Source: a virus
Virus genome (UHGV): UHGV-0197534
DNA: 35,469 nucleotides
Strand: one strand, 5' to 3'
Part shown: piece by piece, positions 25,761 through 34,236 of the stretch
Position numbering within the stretch: position 1 is the first letter of the stretch
Layout of the letters: each line of letters begins with the position of its first letter
Notes under the pieces: generated by a model
Database searches by the model: none
What the model was told of the DNA's origin: nothing
The model's input: only the letters and a program-made list of their open reading frames with translations
Position numbers and translations under genes: made by a program

Positions 25761-25956
25761 TTTTTTCCTCCTCTATCAGTCCCCAAGCTTTCGCTTGCAT
25801 TTCATAACGAGCTTTGTTGTCATACAGATATGACAGTTTACTTTCGATAGCCTTTCTTACAGTAGAACTACCCGTAAACTCTAACTCATGTCTCAAATCA
25901 TCAATTTCTCTTTGATGTTCTTGAATGATCCCCATAATATTTTTCTTGTTCAGCAT
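25750..25956 (-). CDS. Hypothetical small protein
   Basis: 68 aa ORF; overlaps the downstream gene by 11 nt. Confidence 0.4.
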   Translation of the reverse strand: MLNKKNIMGIIQEHQREIDDLRHELEFTGSSTVRKAIESKLSYLYDNKARYEMQAKAWGLIEEEKNGK

Positions 25957-26050
25957 TTATGAAACCTCCTTGATAGGCTGAGTTAGCCAAAATAATTTTT
26001 AAAATAATCTTTCAAAATGATATACTTTCATTAGAAAGGGGTGAGAAAAT

Positions 26051-26254
26051 ATGATAAAACAAATAATCATTGATACTTTAAAAAGCGGAAAAGAAGTTGC
26101 ATTTCGCTATGATCGCGGTAATAGCTTTCACGCTAACACGCTCATTGATGAACTTCCTGAAGAACCCAATTGGATTCATGTAAAACATACACAAACTAGT
26201 AATTCCCGTTTAATTAACTTAGCTGTCGTTCAACGAGTTGTAATTGAAGACTAA
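26051..26254 (+). CDS. Hypothetical protein, stand-alone opposite-strand gene
   Basis: 67 aa. GAAAGGGGTGAG RBS; TATACT -10-like element upstream; strong terminator downstream. Confidence 0.5.
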   Translation: MIKQIIIDTLKSGKEVAFRYDRGNSFHANTLIDELPEEPNWIHVKHTQTSNSRLINLAVVQRVVIED

Positions 26255-26265
26255 TATTGTCTCAT

Positions 26266-26312
26266 TAGTGCTCTGGGCTTATTTATACTTATCTGGAGCA
26301 CTTTTTTTATGT
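26266..26312 (+). terminator. Rho-independent terminator
   Basis: AGTGCTC ... GAGCACT hairpin followed by TTTTTTT. Confidence 0.6.
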
Positions 26313-26332
26313 GATAGGCGTGGTTACCGAAA

Positions 26333-26671
26333 CTAAATTTTAGTCCACTCCAACACCACATCATCTTCTCTTTCAGTGGTATCTCGCCAAACATGATCGA
26401 CGGTACCATTGCCCAAATTAATCATTACCAATCGGAGTGGATAGCCCATTTCGTCAAATTGTATGACATTGGAGCGTTCTATTACTTCGAACTGTTCGCT
26501 GTTTGGTTTATAGGCCTTCTTGCTGTTTCTCAATAATCCGTTAAGTTCTATACTCATAAAGTTTCCAGCTTGCCATATCCCACCGTAAAAAATGAAACTC
26601 GCCCAACAAATAATTAGTGCGGTGTTTAAAGCAAAACTGATAACGTCAAAAACTATTTTGATAATGTTCAT
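26333..26671 (-). CDS. Hypothetical membrane-anchored protein
   Basis: 112 aa with N-terminal TM helix (IVFDVISFALNTALIICWASFIFYGG). Confidence 0.45.
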   Translation of the reverse strand: MNIIKIVFDVISFALNTALIICWASFIFYGGIWQAGNFMSIELNGLLRNSKKAYKPNSEQFEVIERSNVIQFDEMGYPLRLVMINLGNGTVDHVWRDTTEREDDVVLEWTKI

Positions 26672-26853
26672 TCGCCGTCCTCCTTATACACATATTGAAA
26701 AAATAAAACTTGTGATAATGATATTGATTCTTCTAGCATGTCCATTAACTCTTGAATTTCGTCAATATCTACACCTTGTTGCTGAAAGCGGCTCAGCTTT
26801 TCGTTCAAACTGTTTATTTCTTCAACTATCTCTGTTTGAGACATTTTTTTCAT
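26668..26853 (-). CDS. Hypothetical small acidic protein
   Basis: 61 aa ORF, 4-nt overlap with the downstream gene. Confidence 0.4.
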   Translation of the reverse strand: MKKMSQTEIVEEINSLNEKLSRFQQQGVDIDEIQELMDMLEESISLSQVLFFQYVYKEDGE

Positions 26854-26900
26854 TCAAATCGTCCTTTCAAACTATCTACGTGATAGTTGTCGTTAGTGGA

Positions 26901-27353
26901 CTAAATACTACCTATTTGAAAACCATAATGTGCAGTTTCAATGCCGTCATAATCACTTATTTCCCACTCAGCCCCATCGGGTATATCAACGACTTTAAGA
27001 CTTGCATGTGGTCCACTGGCCTCACTTCCTAGTTTTTCGACAACAGCAACGAGGTCCTTATCACCTCTGTTTGAATCACTTGAAAAACTGGAATCATCAG
27101 CAATTCCGTACAGTCGGTCAATTTCGCTATAAATTCCTGTAACTTTGTCGATTTTCGGGTCTTTTTTGAAATAGTAGATAAAATCCATCGAACCTAGCTT
27201 TTGGCCTGTGTGTCTCGTGTATTCATCATCTGAGTCATAGCTAAAGTTATTGATGTATGGGAATACTTCAATATTTTTTCTTTTAAAAATTTCCATTTTT
27301 GCTTCATGGCTCAACCCAAAGCCACCAAAACATTTATTTAATACAATCTTCAT
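26901..27353 (-). CDS. Hypothetical protein
   Basis: ATG at 27353 after strong AAAGGAGG RBS; 150 aa. Confidence 0.5.
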   Translation of the reverse strand: MKIVLNKCFGGFGLSHEAKMEIFKRKNIEVFPYINNFSYDSDDEYTRHTGQKLGSMDFIYYFKKDPKIDKVTGIYSEIDRLYGIADDSSFSSDSNRGDKDLVAVVEKLGSEASGPHASLKVVDIPDGAEWEISDYDGIETAHYGFQIGSI

Positions 27354-27407
27354 TACTTTTCCTCCTTTGTAGGCTCCGATAATGTATAAAACTTTTTCAA
27401 ACAACTT

Positions 27408-27449
27408 AACGCATTTGCGTTGACATAATAACGCATATGCGTTACACTA
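27408..27449 (+). promoter_or_regulatory. Divergent promoter region with two 14-bp palindromic operators AACGCA-NN-TGCGTT flanking a TTGACA -35
   Basis: AACGCATTTGCGTT (27408..27421), TTGACA (27420..27425), AACGCATATGCGTT (27430..27443), TACACT -10-like (27444..27449). Confidence 0.5.
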
Positions 27450-27493
27450 TAAATGTAGATAAGAGATAACCCATTTGAAAGGATTTGACCAAC

Positions 27494-27871
27494 ATGAACA
27501 AAAACGAAATTGCACACAACATTACAGGAACTTATGAAGTATCTAGAACAATCGCTGTAAATTACAAAATCGACTATGTTGAAGGTCAAATCATTACTCT
27601 TGATAAAGCTGAATCTTGGACAAAAGCTGGTATGTTCACACCTGAAACATTTGGCGAATACGAATACACTTTTATCCCTGAAAACAAAGTTGCTGGTCAC
27701 GAAGTCGATTACGACAACGAAGAAGAATGTTACGAACTTGGTTGCGAAGACTGTGATCAAGAGTGTGAAGTGTTATTGCCTGCCGGAACAAGATTCGTTA
27801 TTACAAGAGTTGCTACTGATTTAGATTTCGAAGAAATGGGTTACTACGAAATCACTATTAAATTCATTTAG
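27494..27871 (+). CDS. Hypothetical protein with ExE-LLP-GT motif (ADP-ribosyltransferase ARTT-loop-like)
   Basis: 125 aa from ATG 27494. C-terminal QECEVLLPAGTRFVI matches the E-x-E-[VIL]-L-L-P-x-G-[ST]-x-F-x-I pattern of C2/C3/iota-type ARTs. The antisense ORF 27353..27760 is a Phe-rich shadow. Confidence 0.5.
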   Translation: MNKNEIAHNITGTYEVSRTIAVNYKIDYVEGQIITLDKAESWTKAGMFTPETFGEYEYTFIPENKVAGHEVDYDNEEECYELGCEDCDQECEVLLPAGTRFVITRVATDLDFEEMGYYEITIKFI

Positions 27872-27885
27872 AAAGGACGTTAACT

Positions 27886-28143
27886 ATGCAATACTCCGTT
27901 TATCGATTTATTGAAGATGATCTAAAGACAACACCGAATAAATTTGCTAAAGCTATTGGATCAAAACAATCTACTTTTTCAACATGGAAATCTCGGGAAA
28001 AATCTGTTAATGAGCTTCCAATCCAACTCTTAGTTGATTTAGTCGCTGAATCGGGACTTCCGTATGAAGAAGTCATTAACAAGCTAATGAAATACGAGAT
28101 TGACTACGAGACTGAAAAAGCTGGGATTGATCTCAATGGGTAA
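27886..28143 (+). CDS. Small HTH-like protein
   Basis: 85 aa; GAAAGGA RBS; candidate regulator of the island. Confidence 0.45.
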   Translation: MQYSVYRFIEDDLKTTPNKFAKAIGSKQSTFSTWKSREKSVNELPIQLLVDLVAESGLPYEEVINKLMKYEIDYETEKAGIDLNG

Positions 28144-28480
28144 ATTTATTGATCTATCAAATCAACGCTGCGGTTCACTACGAAACGGACTCACCAAATC
28201 ATGCGGTTGTCTTCAAGCAGAGAAAGGTCCTCCTGCAATCAAAGCACGGCAAGTAGTAAAAAATGGGATCAAGCCATCTTACTTCCAAACTGATAAACCA
28301 CAATCAAACAGCCAATCTGGTGTTCGTGGTGTTGTTACTTACAAGCAAGCGGGTAAACTAAAATATCGAGCTGTTCTTACTGTGAACGGTACTGTTTATC
28401 AAAAGGCTGGTTTCAAAACGATTGAAGAAGCTGCTGAATATCGTAAATATCTAGTACAAAAATATTTACCTAAAGACTAG
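28139..28480 (+). CDS. AP2-domain DNA-binding protein
   Basis: ATG 28139 overlapping the previous stop. C-terminal GVRGVVTYKQAGKLKYRAVLTVNGTVYQKAGFKTIEEAAEYRKYLVQKY is AP2-like; N-terminal Cys cluster (CGSL ... CGC). Confidence 0.55.
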   Translation, partial: GKFIDLSNQRCGSLRNGLTKSCGCLQAEKGPPAIKARQVVKNGIKPSYFQTDKPQSNSQSGVRGVVTYKQAGKLKYRAVLTVNGTVYQKAGFKTIEEAAEYRKYLVQKYLPKD

Positions 28481-28498
28481 CCTAGCTGGTCTTTTTTC
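28470..28498 (+). terminator. Rho-independent terminator ending the plus-strand island
   Basis: AGACTAGC-CTA-GCTGGTCT hairpin (one G-U pair) followed by TTTTTT. Confidence 0.5.
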
Positions 28499-28547
28499 TA
28501 CGTGATAGCCCCATACACATGAGCTTTTACTTCCTGTAATTCCTCCG

Positions 28548-29468
28548 TTAAAGTAGTATTTCAAAAATACTTTCAAAAATATTTACCGGTATGCTATTAC
28601 CAGCTTGTTTGTACATTGGCATTCTAAAACGCCCATTTCTTTCGACTGTTGATGCTGCCGCAAAATAGTCAGCGTCTGAATAACCTTGAAGCCTCCAGCA
28701 CTCTAATTCAGTTAGATAACGGAAGCGCCCAGCCCCGCAATCAATTATTTGTGCTGGTGTTCGATCTTGTCGCGTAGTAATAGTGTATGCAAAATCTTTG
28801 ATCACCGTTGCTCGTTTTATTCCAGTCTTCCCTATCACTGATAAGACACTAGGTTGTGTGACATCGTAAACACAACTCACTTCATCATTCTCTACAAGGA
28901 ACTCTCGTATATCTCGCATTGGTGTCCGATTTAAAATACTAAAATTGAATATTGGCTGATCTAACATCGAAATTGTGAAAACTCTTTGCCTTGCTTGAGG
29001 TATTCCGAAATCTCTTGCATCCAGTAATTCAAAGGAGTTGGAATATCCCAGCTTTTCCATTTCATCCAGGTATCGGTTGAAATTTTTTCTCATGCGCTTT
29101 TCAGTTACTGCCTTAACGTTTTCCCAGATCACTACTCGTGGACGCCACATCCCCATGTCTCGAATGATTCGTAGGGTTTCCCACATTAGACTTGATCTGG
29201 TTTCAGACCCTTCGTCAGCTCCTTTTTGATGCCCTGCAATAGAAATATCTTGACACGGACTGCCATGTATGAGGATATCAGGCTTTAAATTCCAATTAAC
29301 TACTGATTGAACTCTATTCTCAAGATCATTTGCAAAAATAGCATTGTAACTATCGACTGCCTTTTGATCGATTTCAACATAATCAATTGATTTAGTTGGT
29401 ACTCCCATATTTCTAAGAGCGATTCGAGGGCTTCCTATCCCTCCAAAAAGTTCTAATATTTGAAGCAA
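28548..29468 (-). CDS. DNA cytosine-5 methyltransferase
   Basis: Motif I FGGIGSPRIAL, motif IV PCQDIS, ENV motif (WENVKAV); 306 aa. Confidence 0.85.
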   Translation of the reverse strand: MLQILELFGGIGSPRIALRNMGVPTKSIDYVEIDQKAVDSYNAIFANDLENRVQSVVNWNLKPDILIHGSPCQDISIAGHQKGADEGSETRSSLMWETLRIIRDMGMWRPRVVIWENVKAVTEKRMRKNFNRYLDEMEKLGYSNSFELLDARDFGIPQARQRVFTISMLDQPIFNFSILNRTPMRDIREFLVENDEVSCVYDVTQPSVLSVIGKTGIKRATVIKDFAYTITTRQDRTPAQIIDCGAGRFRYLTELECWRLQGYSDADYFAAASTVERNGRFRMPMYKQAGNSIPVNIFESIFEILL

Positions 29469-29503
29469 AGCCTTCCCTCCCTTTTCTCTGTAATAGCTCC
29501 CAG

Positions 29504-29620
29504 TTACCGGAACTTTTTACTTGCCCAAGCCTTAGCAAAATTCGTAAGAGTTTCGCAAATGATTAGAACAATTATTATTGTCATAATGGGATGCTGGGAC
29601 ATGTAATCGAATACCGTCAT
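29504..29620 (-). CDS. Putative small membrane peptide (38 aa)
   Basis: AAAGGAGAG RBS 6 nt upstream of ATG; hydrophobic core IMTIIIVLIICETL. Confidence 0.3.
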   Translation of the reverse strand: MTVFDYMSQHPIMTIIIVLIICETLTNFAKAWASKKFR

Positions 29621-29645
29621 TTCAAACTCTCCTTTTATAATTATT

Positions 29646-29780
29646 CTTTGCGAAAGTAGTCTATCCAGCTTTTAAGAGCTATTTCATGATCGGTAAAGAA
29701 CATTCCGATCAATTTTGCTGCTCTCTTAAAAACGATGACAAACTCACGTCCTAATTCTCGGAAATAACTCTTCATTCAGT
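29646..29780 (-). CDS. Putative small protein (44 aa)
   Basis: AGGAGAG RBS 8 nt upstream of ATG. Confidence 0.3.
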
Positions 29781-29788
29781 TAGCTCTC

Positions 29789-29992
29789 CTACTGCACTAC
29801 GATTTTTCTATAACCAACCTCGAGCAGCAAATCAGCCTGATTATGAAGTGAATACTTTGGATGTATTGCCAGTATTTTACTTCTTTCAATTTGATCCGCT
29901 TTTTCTGAGCTAGTAAAATAGAATTCTTTGCTACGCTCATTAACTACAAGCGCATCTTTCTTATAAAAATAGATTCTAAACATTCGCAACAC
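29789..29992 (-). CDS. Hypothetical small protein
   Basis: 67 aa ORF. Confidence 0.35.
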   Translation of the reverse strand: MLRMFRIYFYKKDALVVNERSKEFYFTSSEKADQIERSKILAIHPKYSLHNQADLLLEVGYRKIVVQ

Positions 29993-30299
29993 TCATTTCT
30001 TCCAACTCGGATTCATTGCAATTCTCGTATTTATACATTTTCCCGAAACGATCTACTTTCTCGAAAGAAGCATAGTGCCTAATAGTTGACGCGTTCATTG
30101 TCGATCGTTGTGCAATTTCTTTTGCGGTTCCACGTAAAACAACTCGGCCTTTCATGGTGACTACAACAATTTTTTCTTGAACATCTCGCCCCTTGAACAT
30201 TCTTTTACCTATTTCATCAGCTTCTTTACGAATTTCTTCATCAGTCCAGTAATTCGGATGTGCCATCAAAAATCTAAAACGTTCACTATCTTTTACCAA
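29976..30299 (-). CDS. HTH DNA-binding protein (sigma-r4/RinA-like small regulator)
   Basis: 107 aa; AKEIAQRSTMNASTIRHY HTH-like segment. Confidence 0.45.
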   Translation of the reverse strand: MVKDSERFRFLMAHPNYWTDEEIRKEADEIGKRMFKGRDVQEKIVVVTMKGRVVLRGTAKEIAQRSTMNASTIRHYASFEKVDRFGKMYKYENCNESELEEMSVANV

Positions 30300-30565
30300 A
30301 CCTTTTTCTCCTTCCTTGCTTCTAACATCGCTTTTTTGTCTATTTGTTCGAACTTCTTATTTCCCAATAGTTTGTAATACTTTCCAGCTTGAGTACCCAA
30401 AACTTCAAAACGATTGCCCTGTTCGTCAATTATCACGCCATGAAGCTGAGTTTTATTCTTTTGGTTAGGTGCATAATTAACTAAATCCCATCCGATTTCA
30501 TCGCAGAAATTTGAAAGACCGGCTGCTATTAGACCAACATTGTAGCTATAGCTCATTCTGATCAC
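30293..30565 (-). CDS. Hypothetical protein
   Basis: 90 aa ORF. Confidence 0.4.
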   Translation of the reverse strand: MIRMSYSYNVGLIAAGLSNFCDEIGWDLVNYAPNQKNKTQLHGVIIDEQGNRFEVLGTQAGKYYKLLGNKKFEQIDKKAMLEARKEKKVW

Positions 30566-31064
30566 TCTTTAACGGATTTAGGAAATCAACAAATCCCGGC
30601 GTTCTAACTTCAAACTCTTTTACTTCCTCTTCTGTCATATAAAGCCGTCCATATCTGGTTTTCATATCACACCATACTTGCCACGGAATAAATGCATAGG
30701 TGTTATTCACTCTGACACAAACACCCGTCATCGCTCCCATCAATTGATGATAATTAAGCTTTCTCTTCTGCTCGCTAGAAATGACATTTGACTTGATTTG
30801 ATCGCTCTGAGTAGCTTTTACTTCAAAGGCTATTGATCGACCGCCTTTAAGCGTTCCGGCAAAGTCTTGTTGTGCCAAACCTGTAAACACACCTTTGAAG
30901 AACCCATCGCGGAATGTATCGATAACTTTAAAATGCTCTGGAACTCTATTGATCTCTGCTACTTCATGAATACGGTAATACTCACATCCAGCAAGTATCA
31001 TCTCTTCCAACTGTTTACCGACCTGATTGTTTACGCGACTTTGCCAACTTTTTGAGTAGCCCAT
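30546..31064 (-). CDS. RecU-like Holliday-junction resolvase (PD-(D/E)XK nuclease)
   Basis: Start chosen at ATG 31064 (AAAGGTGG RBS). KGGRSIAFEVKATQSDQ resembles the RecU catalytic E-x-K region. The longer 211-aa reading would overlap the upstream gene by 166 nt. Confidence 0.45.
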   Translation of the reverse strand: MGYSKSWQSRVNNQVGKQLEEMILAGCEYYRIHEVAEINRVPEHFKVIDTFRDGFFKGVFTGLAQQDFAGTLKGGRSIAFEVKATQSDQIKSNVISSEQKRKLNYHQLMGAMTGVCVRVNNTYAFIPWQVWCDMKTRYGRLYMTEEEVKEFEVRTPGFVDFLNPLKSDQNEL

Positions 31065-31374
31065 CTGGACCCACCTTTCCAACTTTTGTCTTGAAATACT
31101 TATATGCATGTTTTGAATCAAAACTAGCAAATTCAATAAAATTACTGCTGCCAACAACATCATTAAACCTGGTATGAACACCTAAATAGTTCATTTGATT
31201 AGGAGTCAAAAACTGAAAAGTCATTGCCCCGTTTGATATTGTTGATTGCTCCTTGTCTAACTTGAAGTTGCCACGTGGGAAAAAGAATGAAACGAGTAAC
31301 AGCAAATACTCTTTCATTTCATGTATTTTGTCCTCTTCATCTAGGCAAGCAATCAAAAACTGTTTTCTTTTCAT
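31015..31374 (-). CDS. Hypothetical protein
   Basis: 119 aa ORF in the replication module. Confidence 0.4.
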   Translation of the reverse strand: MKRKQFLIACLDEEDKIHEMKEYLLLLVSFFFPRGNFKLDKEQSTISNGAMTFQFLTPNQMNYLGVHTRFNDVVGSSNFIEFASFDSKHAYKYFKTKVGKVGPDGLLKKLAKSRKQSGR

Positions 31375-31382
31375 CTATCCAC

Positions 31383-32216
31383 CTACCCTGGTCTTATTGC
31401 ATCGTGTCTTAATAGTTCAACAGTGATATGCCATCCTGAATCCTCGAAATGCCTTACCTTGATTTCTCCGATGACTTGATACTCTGGATAATTCTTCAAT
31501 AGTATTTCTTCTCCGGCATCTGTTGAAGTAGCGATCTTCTCAAACTTTCTAAGCGAATACTTATGATCGTTTTTGGTTTCGTATGGTTTCACTAAGTTCT
31601 TGCTTGAAGACCATCGCTTCTGACCTTTTTTCCACCGACCGTTTTTATACTTTTCCTGACTGGTTAGATACATCGCTAAATCATGAATACCACCTGACTC
31701 CGACATCTGAATTAAGTCTGCATGAGTCCGACCAAGTTTCTCTTTCTTCTTGCCTCGACCGACTGACCAACAATCCTCAATTGCATCTCTTGACGGTCCA
31801 CGATTGATTACTACATGATGATGCAGCCTTTTTACATATCCCGTGTCATCGTCATACTGAAATTCTGTAAACCACATGTACTTAAGCTCTTCGTTTGTCT
31901 TCTTGTATAAGCGGCGGAGCTTTGAAAGAAAGTTATCAATCACTCTTTTTGCATCATCGGGCGTTGCTGGTAAATACTTACTTTTGTAAGTCAATGTCAG
32001 ATAGTAGTCTTTCTCAGTAAAATTCGAATACAACAACCATTTAGCATACTGCTTACTATTTTTGTCGTTTAGATTTCTTTGAGCTGGTCTTGATACTTTC
32101 TTTTTTCTTTTTCTCGACCTTCTATTTGCTCTCTCCTGCTCGCTGGTCCTAACAAAAAGAGATAATTCTTTGTAGTCTCCAGCGTGTATTGTCTTCTCTC
32201 TTACAAACGACCTCAT
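31383..32216 (-). CDS. HUH-superfamily rolling-circle replication initiator-like protein (Rep)
   Basis: ATG 32216 after AAAAGGTG RBS. Motif 1-like YLTLTY, motif 2 HUH (RLHHHVVIN), Tyr-containing motif 3 candidate AMYLTSQEKYK. Very basic N-terminus. Confidence 0.5.
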   Translation of the reverse strand: MRSFVREKTIHAGDYKELSLFVRTSEQERANRRSRKRKKKVSRPAQRNLNDKNSKQYAKWLLYSNFTEKDYYLTLTYKSKYLPATPDDAKRVIDNFLSKLRRLYKKTNEELKYMWFTEFQYDDDTGYVKRLHHHVVINRGPSRDAIEDCWSVGRGKKKEKLGRTHADLIQMSESGGIHDLAMYLTSQEKYKNGRWKKGQKRWSSSKNLVKPYETKNDHKYSLRKFEKIATSTDAGEEILLKNYPEYQVIGEIKVRHFEDSGWHITVELLRHDAIRPG

Positions 32217-32366
32217 TTGACTACACCTTTTCTTGATATTCTGTTTGTCCGTAAAGTTAATACCTATTACGAGGACAATAAAACGCTGATATATCAACGT
32301 TTTTTTGCAAAAAATATCTGAGAATGGTATACTTGTCTTGTCGAACGAGTTATACCAAACTCAGAA

Positions 32367-32394
32367 GTCACCTTTTCGCGGAGGTGGCTTTTTT
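32367..32394 (+). terminator. Hairpin + T-run between the replication-module gene and rep (terminator or origin-associated structure)
   Basis: GTCACCTTTTCGCGGAGGTGGC followed by TTTTTT. Shares the GAGGTGGCTTTTTT motif with 25365..25389. Confidence 0.4.
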
Positions 32395-32396
32395 AT

Positions 32397-33146
32397 TTAA
32401 GCAATAATAGTTAATTGGTTATTAGCAATTTCATCCCGTAATTCCATTTCAAGGTATTCTTTAATAGATTCCATTGCATACGAGCGCCACATTCCCCCAT
32501 CTGCTTCAAAAAGAGCACAATCACCGTGTTTGTTAATTCGGAAAATGAAAGCACTAACTGGTTGTTCAATTTCTAAAAATGATCTATACGGCCGCAACTC
32601 AGCAGGACTAGGAACTTCCGCTTTTCCTTTTGTTCCAGCTCCTACTTTTACAGTTGCAGTTTGAGAAACACCATCATCTTCTAAGTCGCCGCCACCTTCA
32701 ATTCGGATAGCACTGGCGCATTTCAGTAGTGCCTCTGCATCACGATCACGAACAAATAGCGATTGAAGATTAATAATGAAACGTTCAGAATCCATGAATT
32801 GACCGTAAGGGAACTTTTCCATCGAAGCAGTCGCAGCAATTAGGTTTTCTCTTTTCCTATCAACATCCAATTTTGAATAGACCCGAACATTTGTAGGGCT
32901 TACCACATGAATCAATAAACTATCACTTGCCCGATTAACCACATCATCAAATTTTGAATGCAGGTAATCGACAAGCCCTGTCAAAGAGTTCACTTGAAGT
33001 GGATCAGCGTACTTGATGCCTTCCAATTCTTGTAGTGTTGCCTTTGATCGATCGAAATACTTCTTTCCGCCCTCTTCAAAAATCACTTCCTTTTGATTAT
33101 CCAATTCAACTGCGTATTCCAACGCTTCCTTAATATTTTCTGCCAT
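32397..33146 (-). CDS. Hypothetical replication/recombination-module protein
   Basis: 249 aa ORF between the early-region genes and rep; no motif recognised. Confidence 0.45.
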   Translation of the reverse strand: MAENIKEALEYAVELDNQKEVIFEEGGKKYFDRSKATLQELEGIKYADPLQVNSLTGLVDYLHSKFDDVVNRASDSLLIHVVSPTNVRVYSKLDVDRKRENLIAATASMEKFPYGQFMDSERFIINLQSLFVRDRDAEALLKCASAIRIEGGGDLEDDGVSQTATVKVGAGTKGKAEVPSPAELRPYRSFLEIEQPVSAFIFRINKHGDCALFEADGGMWRSYAMESIKEYLEMELRDEIANNQLTIIA

Positions 33147-33157
33147 TTCCGTTCCTC

Positions 33158-33589
33158 CTAATTAGTTTGAGCTTTGCCCCTAAAATCAATTACTCCATTT
33201 TGAGCCTGTTCTTGTTGTGCTTCTATTTCTTCTACTGGCGTGCCTTTGTCATCTTTTAATGTGGCATCCTTCTCATCGAAAAACATTTGTCCTACTTCTC
33301 CACTTTTGATTTCATTAGCCACAACCGTTCCATCTCTTTTTTGTCCGATTTCAACTTTAGAAGAAACGGAATCACGTGGCACAAGCTTGGATTTCACTTG
33401 CGTAGCCAAACGAACTTGATCACGGTATTCATCCCCTAAAACATCAACAGTGATAACGATTTGTCTTTTCTTAGTTGCATCTGTGTTCGGGTCCATGATG
33501 TTTTTTGTAACTTCGGCGAATTCATGATTAAATCTCTCTTGAAGTGCGCCGTTATCCATTTCGCTTAGCAAAACGTTAATTTCTTGCAT
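33158..33589 (-). CDS. Hypothetical early protein
   Basis: 143 aa acidic ORF. Confidence 0.45.
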   Translation of the reverse strand: MQEINVLLSEMDNGALQERFNHEFAEVTKNIMDPNTDATKKRQIVITVDVLGDEYRDQVRLATQVKSKLVPRDSVSSKVEIGQKRDGTVVANEIKSGEVGQMFFDEKDATLKDDKGTPVEEIEAQQEQAQNGVIDFRGKAQTN

Positions 33590-33847
33590 TTATATCACCT
33601 CCATCTGAATTGGACTTTGGAATCTATTTCTAAGAATTTCCAACAAATGATCATATTGCTTTTCCGTACATAGGAAGAAAAGCGTTACTTCTACTTCCTC
33701 GTCAGTATCAAATGAATTGTTTTCGAACTCGCATAATGAATCAAACTGGTTCCAAACAATACTTTTGATTTTTTGAATATATGGCTTCGCATATTTTTTA
33801 CTTACTGTAATTTTTAGTTGTTTTTCTTTAATTAACTTAAACTCCAT
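33590..33847 (-). CDS. Hypothetical early protein
   Basis: Start at ATG 33847 after GGAGG RBS; about 85 aa. Confidence 0.4.
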   Translation of the reverse strand: MEFKLIKEKQLKITVSKKYAKPYIQKIKSIVWNQFDSLCEFENNSFDTDEEVEVTLFFLCTEKQYDHLLEILRNRFQSPIQMEVI

Positions 33848-33972
33848 CTTCATACCTCCGAAACTCCAATCTTGTCTTTCTGTATTATTAGGATTGAGCA
33901 TGATATAATAATCTTGCTGAGATGAGTTAAATCATGACTCATTCGAAAGACCTCCATTTTTGGTGGTCTTTT

Positions 33973-34236
33973 TTAATGCTCTATTGCAGCTTTCATTTCT
34001 TCTTTCCTCGATCGACTAGGAAATCTATGAACCAATCTCTCAACCGGTTCACCTGATCCTCTGTCAAAATAAATGAGATCATCGCCGTTCAGTTGAAAAG
34101 TTGAAACACGGCCATTTTCTTTTCCGAGGATCGTATAAACTTCAATCCCTTTTCGTTTATTGATTTTGAATTCTCGTACCTCGATTCCTCGACTTTCAAG
34201 AATTTCAATACTAGGCGCTATTTTCATGACCGACAT
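33973..34236 (-). CDS. Hypothetical early protein
   Basis: 87 aa ORF. Confidence 0.4.
   Translation of the reverse strand: MSVMKIAPSIEILESRGIEVREFKINKRKGIEVYTILGKENGRVSTFQLNGDDLIYFDRGSGEPVERLVHRFPSRSRKEEMKAAIEH

Noticed and set aside
27353-27824. ORF 27353..27760 (-) and ORF 27576..27824 (+)
   Set aside because: They overlap 27494..27871. The minus-strand product is Phe/Val-rich, as expected for the antisense of a Glu/Lys-rich gene. The alternative plus frame lacks an RBS.
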